A stretch of 64,000 nucleotides of DNA from assembly GCA_013265495.1 (NCBI GenBank), contig MU058636.1, positions 930,001-994,000 of the forward strand, given 5' to 3'. A program made the position numbers and the translations under genes. The stretch is from Vicugna vicugna. Lineage: Eukaryota. Each line of letters begins with the position of its first letter. Within the stretch, counting starts at the first letter, position 1. Under the pieces are notes generated by a model, which saw only the letters and a list, made by a program, of their open reading frames with translations, was not told the DNA's origin and did no database searches. Positions 62,561-64,000 of the stretch are shown in pieces.

Positions 62561-64000
62561 GTGTGGTGCTTACAGGCAATGGCGATTTCTCCTTGGTTCA
62601 GCCTCTCTGCCGGGGATAGTTCCCTGGAGGAGAGCAGAGTTCTTAATTATTAAGAAACTAAGCCCAGGGTTTAGGAATGAATGGAGCATCTCAGTTCTCA
62701 GCTGCTATTGGGCGGATTAGGAATTCCTTCTCATTTGGGGATTAATTTAAAATTTGCAGTTACTACCAGCAATAATTTCTGAGTTGTTAAAACCTGACAA
62801 TTAGAAAGGCCCGTTTTCGCTTTGAAGCTGTTCAAATGAGATGCATCATGGGGCAGGAAATAGTAACTCAAGAATTGGAATCCACATTTTTTAAGGGAAG
62901 GAGCTAGCCATTAGACATTCTTTGCATCTTAAAAATTAGGTTTGCCTAAAACTTAAAATGTCTGCTTCTCTATCAAAACTAGGTTCAAAGTATTACCATT
63001 GACTTCTCTGTTGCCTCTAGGGCGGATTCTGTTGAACTCCGGATACTTCTTTTTGTATATGCTTTACCTAACTTTGCTTTTCTAGCAGTGAAACAATGTG
63101 GTGATTCTTTAAAGCTGGTTCTTTTATCTGCTTGAGAGGTTAAACAAAAGAAAGCTGGATTTGGCTTTTCCCATAGGCAGCTCTCATTGTGTGTCTGGTC
63201 TCCTTTCTAAGAGTGTCCACGGAGTCCTCATTTTTCTTCATTTTTAAAGACCTTCTTAATTTATATTCATGAGAGTTGTGCCTTTTCAGATGTTTCAAGC
63301 TCACTAGGTTGGAAAGTTCGGTTAGCTTTATAAATTTACTGTCTGATCTGTCATCACTGTGTTCTTAAAACAGTGGAAAGAAGCTTGTTCTAGAACTATC
63401 TACATATAAAAATTGTCCTTCCACTTCTGGTTACTGACATGAAGTTGCTTTACAGCAATGCTTTATCTGTTTGCCTAAAATTTGTGGCCTAGCAGTCAGT
63501 GATACGCTACAGCATTTTTACAGAGCCTGAGCATAAGCGTGCAGCAACACACTTGTCTGAGTGGTCCTGCCAACACCGTGACCTCCCGTCTCTTCTTAGT
63601 GTGTCCTTCTAGGTAGATGTGCTCTACCCTTCCTGTAAAAACCTTTCGGTTATTGGAACGTTTCCATTAAAACAGTTGCCTGTTCTGAGTATTCAGAGAA
63701 TTGTCTAAGCCGGTGAGCCAGTGCTAGTGGTCTTTGAGAGTTGCCAGAACTTTCTCTGAGGAATAATTGAGGTTGTGTTTTCCGCTCATAACGCTGTCAC
63801 CATGTGTTCTCGGGAGCGCGTCCGGGCACTGTACAGACCTCAGATGCTCATTTGTGTCTTCAGTCCTTTTTTCTCAGAGACCGGTTTTCCTCTTTAAGGT
63901 CGGGTTTTTGTGGGACCTGCTCTTGTCGTTGGGCACAAGCACCCTGCTTCAGGGCTGGTTCCTTTCCCTGACTTGATGTAGGCTGGTAATCCAGGATGAT

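Noticed and set aside
61487..62653. 190-327 aa ORFs across the right-hand island
   Set aside because: They run through the N gap and GC-rich sequence in all frames; artefactual.
61600..64000. Naming the plus-strand gene (EZH2, GMNN, HSP90B1 and LBR considered from promoter type)
   Set aside because: No coding exon visible and no diagnostic sequence or expected neighbour found (no Y-RNA genes, no C6orf62 exon, no ERSE CCAAT-N9-CCACG).

Overview
Mammalian genomic DNA, most likely camelid (inference from nine copies of a tRNA-Ala(AGC)-derived SINE resembling the tylopod Vic-1 family, plus cetartiodactyl-type L1 3' ends). Much of the window is interspersed repeat (SINE, L1, L2, MIR, MLT1/ERV LTRs, MER DNA transposons). 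There are four CpG-rich regions (~2.9-3.4, 8.3-8.9, 44.7-45.3, 61.6-62.6 kb) and a 171-N assembly gap. I recognise no named protein-coding gene. Manual splice-site and phase reading suggests three unrecognised multi-exon gene-like units, partly or wholly disrupted by stop codons. (A) A minus-strand small-exon chain running left from the 8.5 kb island, which carries an RFX X-box. (B) A plus-strand chain at ~16-43 kb, including four consecutive symmetric phase-2 exons with one internal TAA. (C) A minus-strand chain from the 61.6 kb promoter island (E2F/CCAAT/GC boxes) down to ~44.9 kb. These models are inferences that need alignment and RNA-seq checks. Two near-perfect tandem duplications (129 bp; 309/311 bp) may be real or assembly artefacts. 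No CRISPR array, rRNA, genuine tRNA or prokaryotic system is supported.
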